Shown: positions 56,634 to 64,000 of the stretch, piece after piece | Numbering within the stretch: the first letter of the stretch is position 1 | Layout of the letters: every line of letters begins with the position of its first letter | Source: a virus | Taxonomy: Duplodnaviria; Caudoviricetes | Virus record (IMG/VR): IMGVR_UViG_3300014059_000005 | Coordinates: 64,001 to 128,000 of that record | Reading direction: 5' to 3' (one strand) | DNA length: 64,000 nt | Notes under the pieces: generated by a model | Seen by the model: the letters and a program-made list of their open reading frames with translations, nothing else | What the model was told of the DNA's origin: nothing | The model's database searches: none | Program-made: the position numbers and the translations under genes

Positions 56634-56731
56634 GATCCCTCCATAGTGGAGATCGTGGTAGCGGTCAGAGATCCAGCATCCGTACCGGATGACGGCCTCG
56701 ATCTCGATATCTTCCTACTGAATCGTTTCAT
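56630..56731 (-). CDS. 'MKRF' family mini-protein 1 (probably leaderless)
   Basis: MKRFSRKISRSRPSSGTDAGSLTATTISTMEGS; ATG lies 7 nt below the -10 box. Confidence 0.55.
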   Translation of the reverse strand: MKRFSRKISRSRPSSGTDAGSLTATTISTMEGS

Positions 56732-56737
56732 CTTGCA

Positions 56738-56765
56738 ACTATGCCCCAGGAATCAGAAAAGTCAA
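56738..56765 (-). promoter_or_regulatory. Conserved promoter P6
   Basis: TTGACT-N16-CATAGT. Confidence 0.65.
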
Positions 56766-56863
56766 ATTTCCTGGGTGGTATCTCTCTTAGTGAACAGTTA
56801 TATACCTATATCTAGAATCGCACAGGATGCCCCTAGAAGGCTTCCAAATGGGTCGAGCCAGCC

Positions 56864-58375
56864 CTAACCCTTACTAAAGGGTCTGGAACGCCTCCTGGGG
56901 CCAATTCCGGCGTTCCTTTGGCCTTGTGGGGTGTTTCCTGGATCTCCTTCTGGCGGGTTGTCGGCCAATTTGTACTCCACGCCGCGATCGTCGTAGTAGG
57001 TAACGACCGCAGGATCGGCGATCGACAAGCAGGTGGCGCAGTGGAGTTGCTTGAACGGATTGGCCTCTTCCTCGCGGCAGACGATCCATCCCAACCGAAC
57101 GATGCCAAACTGTTTCTCCAGGGGCGAGGTGTTGATGGCGATCATGCCGTTGACGTGGGCCAGTTTCCGTTTGTCCTCGGACAGGTGCTCCATCGTGATG
57201 TTGGCCACGTTGTAACTGGCGCGGTTGGTCTGGGTGGCGGTGACGATCAGGCAGTGTCTGGCCATCGACAGGCCCCGGAGACGGGACCAGGTGTCGTCGA
57301 TCTGATCGCGCTTGTCGGATCTGGGATTTTTCGGAGCTAGAATATCTGCATAATCGATGATAACGATATCGGCGAGGAAGTCCTCCTCGCGTTCCAGACG
57401 GTCCAGGGAAGTGCGGATCCCGTCCACGGTGATGGACATGGCTGGATGGACTTCCAGGTAGAAGTGCGACTTCCTGGATTTGACCTTTCGGGTCATCAAC
57501 TCCTGGCACTTGGGCCATGCTTCGTGGAAGTCCAGGAAGTCATCGAAGCGGATCTCGTCGAACTTGACCGAGCCCGGACTGATCGAGAGTGGGTAGTGGA
57601 TGGTGCGGGGTCCCCAGGGTCGTCGAGAGACCCGAGCCATGAACCGCCTTTCGATCTGACGACGGGAGAGGTCTCCCACGCAGAAGTAGGCCACGCGCTT
57701 GTGCAGGAGGAGTGCCCGATAGGCCAGGTGCTGGAGCAAGTACGACTTGCCACGCTTCTCGGGAGCGGCAAAGGACAGGAAGGTATCCCGAGCCAGGGTG
57801 TCCTGGAAGAACTTGCCATCGTCTTCGGGAAGACGGAGGAGCAGTTCGGAGTCCCTGGAGGCAAACAGTTCGCGGATCTCGGCCTCGTCTGTGAACAGAT
57901 GTGTTCCTGGGGAGATCCCCTGGATGGAGGGATTGAACCCCGAGACCTTCTGGACGGCTTCCTGGAGTCGGCCACGAGCCCGGAGAGCCTGGGCTTCCTC
58001 CAGGAGTCGATCGAGTCGGGTCTGGAGGAAGACATCGTGGGCCAGGTCCGCCAGGTAGTCTGGGTTCTGCTCGGAGGCGATCCGGTCGTACTCCCCCGAG
58101 AGGGAGGATAGTAATTCCTCGCCGAGTTTCAGGGAATCGGGATCGAGTTGGTGCTCGGAGGCCCAGGAGCGGAACAGGGGCTCGATATCGGCTCCAGGGG
58201 CTCTGCCGTAACTGGAGGCATACTCGAAACAGAGCTTGGCGATGACATTGCTGGTCCGATCGGGAAAGCCATCACCGCCCCAGAGCCGATGGATCCGGTT
58301 CAGAGTATCGGTGCTGGTGATGGTAGCAATCAGAACTCTACGGGCATCGGATCCGTGGTACTCCGTTACCTTCAT
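56864..58375 (-). CDS. Replicative DnaB-like helicase
   Basis: Walker A 'APEKRGKS', 'IIDYADIL', 'TATQTNR', 'SED..K'. Confidence 0.88.
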   Translation of the reverse strand: MKVTEYHGSDARRVLIATITSTDTLNRIHRLWGGDGFPDRTSNVIAKLCFEYASSYGRAPGADIEPLFRSWASEHQLDPDSLKLGEELLSSLSGEYDRIASEQNPDYLADLAHDVFLQTRLDRLLEEAQALRARGRLQEAVQKVSGFNPSIQGISPGTHLFTDEAEIRELFASRDSELLLRLPEDDGKFFQDTLARDTFLSFAAPEKRGKSYLLQHLAYRALLLHKRVAYFCVGDLSRRQIERRFMARVSRRPWGPRTIHYPLSISPGSVKFDEIRFDDFLDFHEAWPKCQELMTRKVKSRKSHFYLEVHPAMSITVDGIRTSLDRLEREEDFLADIVIIDYADILAPKNPRSDKRDQIDDTWSRLRGLSMARHCLIVTATQTNRASYNVANITMEHLSEDKRKLAHVNGMIAINTSPLEKQFGIVRLGWIVCREEEANPFKQLHCATCLSIADPAVVTYYDDRGVEYKLADNPPEGDPGNTPQGQRNAGIGPRRRSRPFSKG

Positions 58376-58376
58376 G

Positions 58377-59108
58377 CTAGCCTCGGGGTGGTGTAGGTGT
58401 GTGGGGTGCCGTTTCGATCACGTCGAAGGAGACCGAGAGGATACGGCCCTCGCGGACGATGTGGACGTGCGGACTGGTTTCCACATAGGCGATATCTTCC
58501 ATCGCCAGAGATTCCACCCGGAGCAAGTTGGCAACGGTGAACTTCTCGGGGTGGTTGAGGATCGGTAGATCGAAATTGGCCAGGTTCTCGGAATACCAGG
58601 CCAGGAGAGATCGCATACGAGACCAGTCGCGGTTCAGAGATCGGCAGACTTCACGGATAGCGGCCTTCCAGAGTTTGCGGTTGCCGAAGACCTTGACCCT
58701 CTTATGAGAGATTAGAGACCTTTTTAGGGTAAAGACACACGTCTCCATATCTTTGCCCACTGAATTCCTTGGTATTCTATCTTTTTTGTCTTTTTTGGCG
58801 GGTAAGTTCTTTTTTAGTGGCAATTGCCCAGGCCCAGGTATGTCTTCTTTGTGTTGGTGATTATTTGTATAGTATTTTTTTGTATAGGGCGCCGGTATGC
58901 GCTGCGCGATGGACTCCTCCAGGCCCAGGGTATCCTTACTCCCCTCTTCGTCTTTTTCTAGGCCTTCGGATAGGCCCCTGTTGCGCGCGCCATGTGGTGG
59001 ACTCTCCGGGGTGTTCGCTGTGGTTCTCCGGTATGTCGGTTGCCGATCTCTCTCTAGGTCTTCCATGTGGTCTCCGGGTGGTTTTCTTGCGCAGCGCGCT
59101 GTCTTCAT
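58377..59108 (-). CDS. Putative replication protein (initiator C-part/helicase loader-like)
   Basis: Between iterons and helicase; basic linker followed by a 'W...I.......L.WY' helical domain; start uncertain. Confidence 0.45.
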   Translation of the reverse strand: MKTARCARKPPGDHMEDLERDRQPTYRRTTANTPESPPHGARNRGLSEGLEKDEEGSKDTLGLEESIAQRIPAPYTKKYYTNNHQHKEDIPGPGQLPLKKNLPAKKDKKDRIPRNSVGKDMETCVFTLKRSLISHKRVKVFGNRKLWKAAIREVCRSLNRDWSRMRSLLAWYSENLANFDLPILNHPEKFTVANLLRVESLAMEDIAYVETSPHVHIVREGRILSVSFDVIETAPHTPTPPRG

Positions 59109-59111
59109 ATT

Positions 59112-59302
59112 AGGTTGTTTTCCAGACTAGTCGGCGCACTTTCTTTCTTCTTCTTCTCATTTGATGTTATTACAGAGTAATAAGAGTCAGGTTGTTTTCC
59201 AGACTAGTCAGTCAGGTTGTTTTCCAGACTAGTCGAATGCCCAAAAAGGGCCTATCAGGTTGTTTTCCAGACTAGTCAGTCAGGTTGTTTTCCAGACTAG
59301 TC
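59112..59302. repeat. Five 21-bp direct repeats (putative origin iterons)
   Basis: AGGTTGTTTTCCAGACTAGTC at 59112, 59189, 59214, 59257, 59282; AT-rich spacer ~59140-59185. Confidence 0.85.
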
Positions 59303-60112
59303 GAACTCCGAATCGTCTCCTAGCAACCTTCCTAGTTCCAGCAGGTTTATTCTCAGATGACGGGTTGCTGGATCACCCTTTTTGGAGACTTCCAGGAGGC
59401 GGTGTGGGTCTCTGGAAAGGGACCGCAAAGCCCTTCGTTGCTCGGTTGGAGTCCATCCCATCGAGGCATTGGTATCCGAAAGAAAATAGGAAGAGCATTG
59501 GAAGGGAGTGATCCAGTCCCTGGGACCTTTGCGGTCCTTCTGGCAGCGGATGTTGCACAGATCGAGTAGGAATAGGATGTCCAGTTTTGGCATTGTGTCC
59601 CCCAGATCCAGGAGGCAAGAGAACCATCTCCCGAGGTCGGTCATGTCCTTCTGCGCATCGATTCGATGGACTTTTTTGATGGATTCCACGCAGATATTTG
59701 GTGGGGGAGGAGTCCAGTTATTTGTGGGTTGGATCAGGTTCCAGACCCTTCGCATATCAATGCAGATGTGCCTTTTGGAATGCTTCTTGGGATAGAAGGC
59801 ATCGATCAGTTGGAGAGGGGGCGAGGACAGCTTTTGTAGGTGTCGCATCTGCTCGTCCCTGGACCAACCCAGGGACTGTTTGGAAGACTTCAGGAGGGCG
59901 ACAGAACACTCGAAGAACACGCGATTGTCCAGGATGATCGCCTGCGTACCTGTCAGTCGTCGCAGGTGTAGCAGATTGCACAGGAATAGAGATTCCAGCT
60001 TGGACATGTGCCCAACCAGGGGGCGGAAGACGGGGAAGACACGCCCCCTGGCAGGGTGAACGATGTGCTCGTACATGTCCTGGAAGCCCAGGGGGAGGTG
60101 TTCTCTTGCCAT
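59297..60112 (-). CDS. Tandem wHTH-like putative replication initiator
   Basis: Two internal repeats 'M.KL..LFL..L.....F.CS...L......GW...EQ.R.L..L......L.......RH..I'. Confidence 0.55.
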   Translation of the reverse strand: MAREHLPLGFQDMYEHIVHPARGRVFPVFRPLVGHMSKLESLFLCNLLHLRRLTGTQAIILDNRVFFECSVALLKSSKQSLGWSRDEQMRHLQKLSSPPLQLIDAFYPKKHSKRHICIDMRRVWNLIQPTNNWTPPPPNICVESIKKVHRIDAQKDMTDLGRWFSCLLDLGDTMPKLDILFLLDLCNIRCQKDRKGPRDWITPFQCSSYFLSDTNASMGWTPTEQRRALRSLSRDPHRLLEVSKKGDPATRHLRINLLELGRLLGDDSEFD

Positions 60113-60155
60113 GTGGTGTTCCTTTCGCTGTAAAAGAGGATCTGGCGATCATGGA

Positions 60156-60554
60156 TCAGGACTTCTTGCTCATCCGTAGCAACTGCTCCAGGCGGTCCAT
60201 ATCGATGTGGATACACCGTTTGCCGGGTTTGCCGGCGCGGGCGAGGGTGAGGATGCCGATGTCCTTGTTGGTCAGGGCCTGGAAGTGTCTGGCCTGTTCG
60301 TCGTAGGTCCAGCCCAGGGAAAGAGGGGACTCCGAAAGGACCTCGACGGAACAGAAGTAGAACATCCGGCCATCGAGGTCGATTGCCTGGGTATTCTCAT
60401 GGCACAGGATGTCCAGGAGGTTGGACAGAAAGAGAGTGGTCGTTTTGGACATGTAGCAAGCCAGTGAGCCCAGGGATGGGAATGTGGCGTACTTGTGGAC
60501 GATTTGCGACATGCGGCACTTGTTCACGGTGCTGTCGAGCAACTTCTTGGCCAT
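60156..60554 (-). CDS. Single-domain paralog of the wHTH-like protein
   Basis: 'MSK...LFL.NLL....F.CSV..L....LGW..DEQ.RH...L....IL.......R.I.ID'. Confidence 0.55.
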   Translation of the reverse strand: MAKKLLDSTVNKCRMSQIVHKYATFPSLGSLACYMSKTTTLFLSNLLDILCHENTQAIDLDGRMFYFCSVEVLSESPLSLGWTYDEQARHFQALTNKDIGILTLARAGKPGKRCIHIDMDRLEQLLRMSKKS

Positions 60555-60588
60555 TTTAGCTCCAAGGTGTCTTGCGGTCTATTGAATA

Positions 60589-61113
60589 TTATTTACCCAG
60601 GGATTCCCCGGCCAGATCCAGATACTTCCTGGCCTCCAGGCCACAGAGAGCGTCACAGCGACAGTTCCAGGCTGATACAGGTCTGCCACCCTTACCGATC
60701 CCAGCAAGGAGTTGGGCCTGGGTGGGATGTCCCGAGAGTAGCACCACTTCGTAGTGTCTCGGTGTGCGGACATCGAGACACCGCTGGACTAACTCCTCGG
60801 GAACTCCGGCAAAGGACAGACTGGTGGTGATCCGCAGGAGCGTCACCTGGGAATCGGTGTAAAGTGTTCCACGCCAATCCCTTGGGACGGACTCCAGAGC
60901 ACGGACTGCTGCTTCCAGTTCCGCTACGTTGTTGCTGATCCTCTCCCCGTAACCGTCCTTGTTGGCGTGGAGTATGCCGGATTCCTCACGGAGGGAGTTA
61001 CCCTCCTCGTCCACCCAGATCCAGGCCCAGGTGCCTCCCTCGGGGGAGGGGTTGATCCGGATCACGCCACCATCGCAAAAGATCGATGTGGGTTCGTTCT
61101 CTCTAGGTCTCAT
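60589..61113 (-). CDS. RNase H
   Basis: 'IFCDGG...NP...G.WA', 'SNN.AEL.A...AL', 'YTDSQ', 'GH', 'N.RCD.L'. Confidence 0.85.
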   Translation of the reverse strand: MRPRENEPTSIFCDGGVIRINPSPEGGTWAWIWVDEEGNSLREESGILHANKDGYGERISNNVAELEAAVRALESVPRDWRGTLYTDSQVTLLRITTSLSFAGVPEELVQRCLDVRTPRHYEVVLLSGHPTQAQLLAGIGKGGRPVSAWNCRCDALCGLEARKYLDLAGESLGK

Positions 61114-61513
61114 TGGGACTCCTATTCAGGTGTTGGAGGATGGCCGTGACCAGTGTAGTCATGGCACTTTTCAAGTCACTGTGAGAAACCGAAGTCAGGG
61201 GTGGATTGCGGAACCACCGCATCAGTTGCGTGGGAAGCATGGCTCTGCGGATCTCGAATGGGATCTCCAGGGATTGGGAGGCGTAGACCGCCGATAAGCC
61301 CTGGCTATCGTAGAAGACATAGAATCCCTCCTCGGGTCCCTTTTTGTTCTCAGAGAAATATTGGTAGGGGTGGTATCCTGCCTTGGCGATCAACCTCCAG
61401 GCCTGGGACTCTTTCTCTCTTCCTTGATCCTCCAGCCAGTCGGCATAGGCCATGCGATCGAAAGCAGTCCCCTCACAGGCGATGGATAGCCATTGCTCGT
61501 CGGTTATGCTCAT
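61103..61513 (-). CDS. TIGR02996-like domain protein
   Basis: 'RMAYADWLEDQG'. Confidence 0.7.
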   Translation of the reverse strand: MSITDEQWLSIACEGTAFDRMAYADWLEDQGREKESQAWRLIAKAGYHPYQYFSENKKGPEEGFYVFYDSQGLSAVYASQSLEIPFEIRRAMLPTQLMRWFRNPPLTSVSHSDLKSAMTTLVTAILQHLNRSPNET

Positions 61514-61523
61514 AGCATCTCTC

Positions 61524-62393
61524 TCATAGCATCTCTCTCAGGAACTCCAGTTCTTCCTCGGTAGCCTCGCCAGGGTCCTTGCTGTCCAGTTCCACCACCC
61601 TGGTGATTCCTGGGTAGGCGGATAGTTCTCTGGCCAGTCTCCTGGCCTGGCTCTGGGCGTTATCTCCCTGATCGAAACAGATGACCCGGTTGGGGATCCG
61701 ACTCAGTTGCAGAACCTGGGCTCGGGTATAGGAAGTCCCCATTGTGGCCACGGCACCGGGTCCTATCTTCATGGCGTCCATTGGTCCCTCGACGATCACC
61801 GCTGAGGTCTTGACCAGATCGATGCCGAAGACACAACTCTTTATCGGAACCTCCTCCTGCTCGGGTTTGCTACTCCAGTATCTACTGCCACCGGGCAGGA
61901 TCGACCGTGTGGTCCAGGCTATCTCCCTACCGTTCAGGATCAGGGGCAGGTAGAGTCTCCACGCCAGTTCGCTCTGGTGGCCGATTCCCTGGACCCTCCA
62001 GAGGTGCTCGGCCTGGGTGGGATCGATCCCACGACCTCGGAGGTAGCGTCTGTGAGGCTCCTGGAGACTCTCCACGCCCACGGGACGTACCAGACGGCCC
62101 TTGCCTCTGAGTGCCGGCTCCGGGCTCCAGGAACGCACCAGGCCCGTGGAGAGGGCCTTGACCTTTTGGTAGGACAGTCCCGAGGCTTCTTGGAGGGCCT
62201 TGCCCAAGGGGTGGGCACCACAGTGCCAGCAGGAAGCGTAGTGCTTCTCGATGTGGATACCCAGGCGGAAGCGACCGCTCCCCGGGGAGCAGAAGGGACA
62301 GTCGATCGAGACGTGGTTGGGTGTCGTGTGGTGGTGGTCGCCGTAGCCCCGGTACTCGATCTGGAGTTCACAGAGCAGGTCGGTGATGTTCAT
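61524..62393 (-). CDS. DNA primase (Zn finger + TOPRIM)
   Basis: 'CPFC...CWHC', 'YLRGRGI', 'IVEGPMDA', 'A.MG', 'CFD.D'. Confidence 0.88.
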   Translation of the reverse strand: MNITDLLCELQIEYRGYGDHHHTTPNHVSIDCPFCSPGSGRFRLGIHIEKHYASCWHCGAHPLGKALQEASGLSYQKVKALSTGLVRSWSPEPALRGKGRLVRPVGVESLQEPHRRYLRGRGIDPTQAEHLWRVQGIGHQSELAWRLYLPLILNGREIAWTTRSILPGGSRYWSSKPEQEEVPIKSCVFGIDLVKTSAVIVEGPMDAMKIGPGAVATMGTSYTRAQVLQLSRIPNRVICFDQGDNAQSQARRLARELSAYPGITRVVELDSKDPGEATEEELEFLREML

Positions 62394-62416
62394 GGGTCTC
62401 CTCTTCTGGAGGGGTC

Positions 62417-63796
62417 TTATCTCAACTCCTGGAGTAGCGCATCGTAGACATTCAACTCTCCCTCCAGGAACTCCCCGTCGATCGCCGCCGAGATGGTCTC
62501 CTGTTTACTTTGTAATACCCTGGCCAGGGTCTCCTCGATCGTTCCTTTGGCTACCAGGTAATAGCAGGTGACGGGGTGCTTGGTGCCGATCCTGTGGGGA
62601 CGCTTCTCGGCCTGGAGGTGGATTCCAGGGCACCAGTCCATCTCCACGAAGGCTACGGTGTTGGCAGCGGTTAGGGTGATGCCAGCCGATGCTGCGCGGA
62701 TATTACCAATGAACATGCGGATACCAACATCGTTCTGGAATCTGTGGACGGCGTTCTTTCTGGCCTTCTCGGAAGAAGAACCGTCCAGGGTGACACAGAT
62801 GTCCTTGTAGTTCTCCTCCAGGGTGCGCAATATCTTTCTGTGGGCGGTGAAGAGGATGATCTTGCCGGTGTTGTCGATCCTTGGATCTTCAGCCAGAACC
62901 TCGTCGATCCAGTCCATCGCGTACTGGATCTTGAGTTGGGAGGCCAGGCGTTTCAGGTGTCCCAGTTGTACCAGGGCGTTGGCCCGGTCCAGGGACTCTC
63001 CACAGGCCCCCTGAGCCTTGAGCCAGGTGCGGAAGTCCCTGACGGCCAGGGTGTACTCTTTGGCTCTTTCGATCTCCAGTGGGACCACGACTCGTCTCTT
63101 GGGCGGGAGATCGTGGAGTACGTCCTGGGAGCGGATGCGGAGCATGCAGGTGGAGGTCAACTCCTGGTGCAGGTCGATCAGGTTGGTGGCACCCCGATCG
63201 TCCCAGCCGTAGGCTGTGCGCTTGAGTCCACAGTAGCGGTAGGCAAACGGGAAGTAGTGTTTGTACCTCTTGGGGTGGAGCATCTTCAGACTGGGGTAGA
63301 TGTCCGCAGGTCGATTGGTGATCGGCGTCCCTGACAGGAATAGCAGGTGCTCCACGTCGCGACACAGGTGCTGCATGGCCCTGGTCCGCCGGGAGTTTTG
63401 ACTTGCGGTGTAGTGGATCTCGTCACCGATGACCAGCTGGGGTTTCAGGTCCAGGAGTAGATCGACCCATGCGTGGAGGATGTCGTAGTTCACCACCAGG
63501 ATCTTGCCGGCACGGGCTCCTGCCTTCAGCTTGCATTTCTTGGGGGATACTCCTGATAGTACCGTGCAGCGGCCCCCGAAGTGCTGCCAGAGTTGCTCCT
63601 CCCAGACCTGTTTGATGGTGGCGGGGCAGACCACGATCACGGGACGGAGGTGGGAGTGCCTCTGGGCGTAGAGTAAGGAGACGAAGGTCTTGCCCAGGCC
63701 CATATCCATCGACACCAGGCACCTACCGTCGAAGTCCTGGATCCGTCGCAGGGCGTCCTCCTGGAAGGGGTAGGGTGTGGTGGTGGGTTTCCGCAT
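62417..63796 (-). CDS. SNF2/SMARCAL1-like helicase
   Basis: 'PFQ', 'DMGLGKT', 'VVCPA', 'DEIH', 'LSGTPITNRP', 'GITLTAA', 'QAEKR.HRIG'. Confidence 0.92.
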   Translation of the reverse strand: MRKPTTTPYPFQEDALRRIQDFDGRCLVSMDMGLGKTFVSLLYAQRHSHLRPVIVVCPATIKQVWEEQLWQHFGGRCTVLSGVSPKKCKLKAGARAGKILVVNYDILHAWVDLLLDLKPQLVIGDEIHYTASQNSRRTRAMQHLCRDVEHLLFLSGTPITNRPADIYPSLKMLHPKRYKHYFPFAYRYCGLKRTAYGWDDRGATNLIDLHQELTSTCMLRIRSQDVLHDLPPKRRVVVPLEIERAKEYTLAVRDFRTWLKAQGACGESLDRANALVQLGHLKRLASQLKIQYAMDWIDEVLAEDPRIDNTGKIILFTAHRKILRTLEENYKDICVTLDGSSSEKARKNAVHRFQNDVGIRMFIGNIRAASAGITLTAANTVAFVEMDWCPGIHLQAEKRPHRIGTKHPVTCYYLVAKGTIEETLARVLQSKQETISAAIDGEFLEGELNVYDALLQELR

Positions 63797-63823
63797 GTCG
63801 ATCTCCGGGTGATGCCAAGTGGC

Positions 63824-63861
63824 AAAAGAGAAGGAAGGGATCGATCCCTTCCTTCTCTTTT
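63824..63861. terminator. Perfect 38-bp palindrome (bidirectional terminator or cruciform)
   Basis: AAAAGAGAAGGAAGGGATC|GATCCCTTCCTTCTCTTTT. Confidence 0.65.
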
Positions 63862-64000
63862 TAGAACTGGATGTCCGAAAGGGGTTCTGGAAGGGATTCT
63901 GGGGCTGTGGGTATATCAGACATTGTGGGTAGAAGTGGTCCGTAAAGACCCTTGCGGATCCTGCGGATCTTGCCCTTTTTCAGTAGGTAGTCGAGTGCCT

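Noticed and set aside
1-64000. Genome-wide TAG recoding
   Set aside because: Many clear genes (recA, dcd, dnaB, tail tube) end at TAG at the expected length; only two internal TAGs were seen.
1-64000. tRNA or rRNA genes
   Set aside because: No cloverleaf or T-loop consensus recognised by eye in the intergenic gaps; a tRNAscan-SE run would be needed to exclude them.

Overview
This window is part of a tailed dsDNA phage (or prophage) genome larger than 64 kb. The host is most likely a Planctomycete (Gemmataceae-like), based on TIGR02996-like domains, three 'RDIVGNPF...HYRGCW' family genes and a Gemmata-type conserved protein. The + strand (1-23.8 kb) carries virion genes: prohead protease/scaffold, HK97-type major capsid, a free-standing LAGLIDADG endonuclease, neck proteins, two paralogous tail-tube genes, a tail chaperone with a -1 slippery site, a short tape measure-like gene, tail proteins and KTSC. 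The - strand (23.9-64 kb) carries replication, recombination and regulation genes: SNF2 helicase, primase, RNase H, initiator-like wHTH genes with five iterons, DnaB, ParB-like, sliding clamp, clamp loader, a split family-A polymerase, ThyX, Dcd, SSB, RecA, resolvase, split SbcC plus SbcD, four sigma factors and CsrA. The main discovery is 28 dispersed mini-genes of mostly ~58 codons (MILIARPRPI.QGS.RV.RGGxW...CRSAxR...LGFRVILRKR) in 7 clusters; about half are absent from the ORF track. They encode only the C-terminal ligand-binding segment of an FGE-sulfatase/C-type-lectin fold. One TIGR02996-FGE gene in the largest cluster stops exactly before that segment. The cassettes vary mainly at NNC codons, as expected from adenine mutagenesis of an AAC-rich DGR template. 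I found no reverse transcriptase or template repeat in this window. The best reading is a split CLec protein with a DGR-diversified library of interchangeable C-terminal peptides, but trans-complementation is inference. A second unexplained family of seven 'MKRF' Ser/Gly/Asp/Cys-rich mini-proteins lies at 54.6-56.7 kb. All calls come from manual reading and motif recall; no database searches were run.
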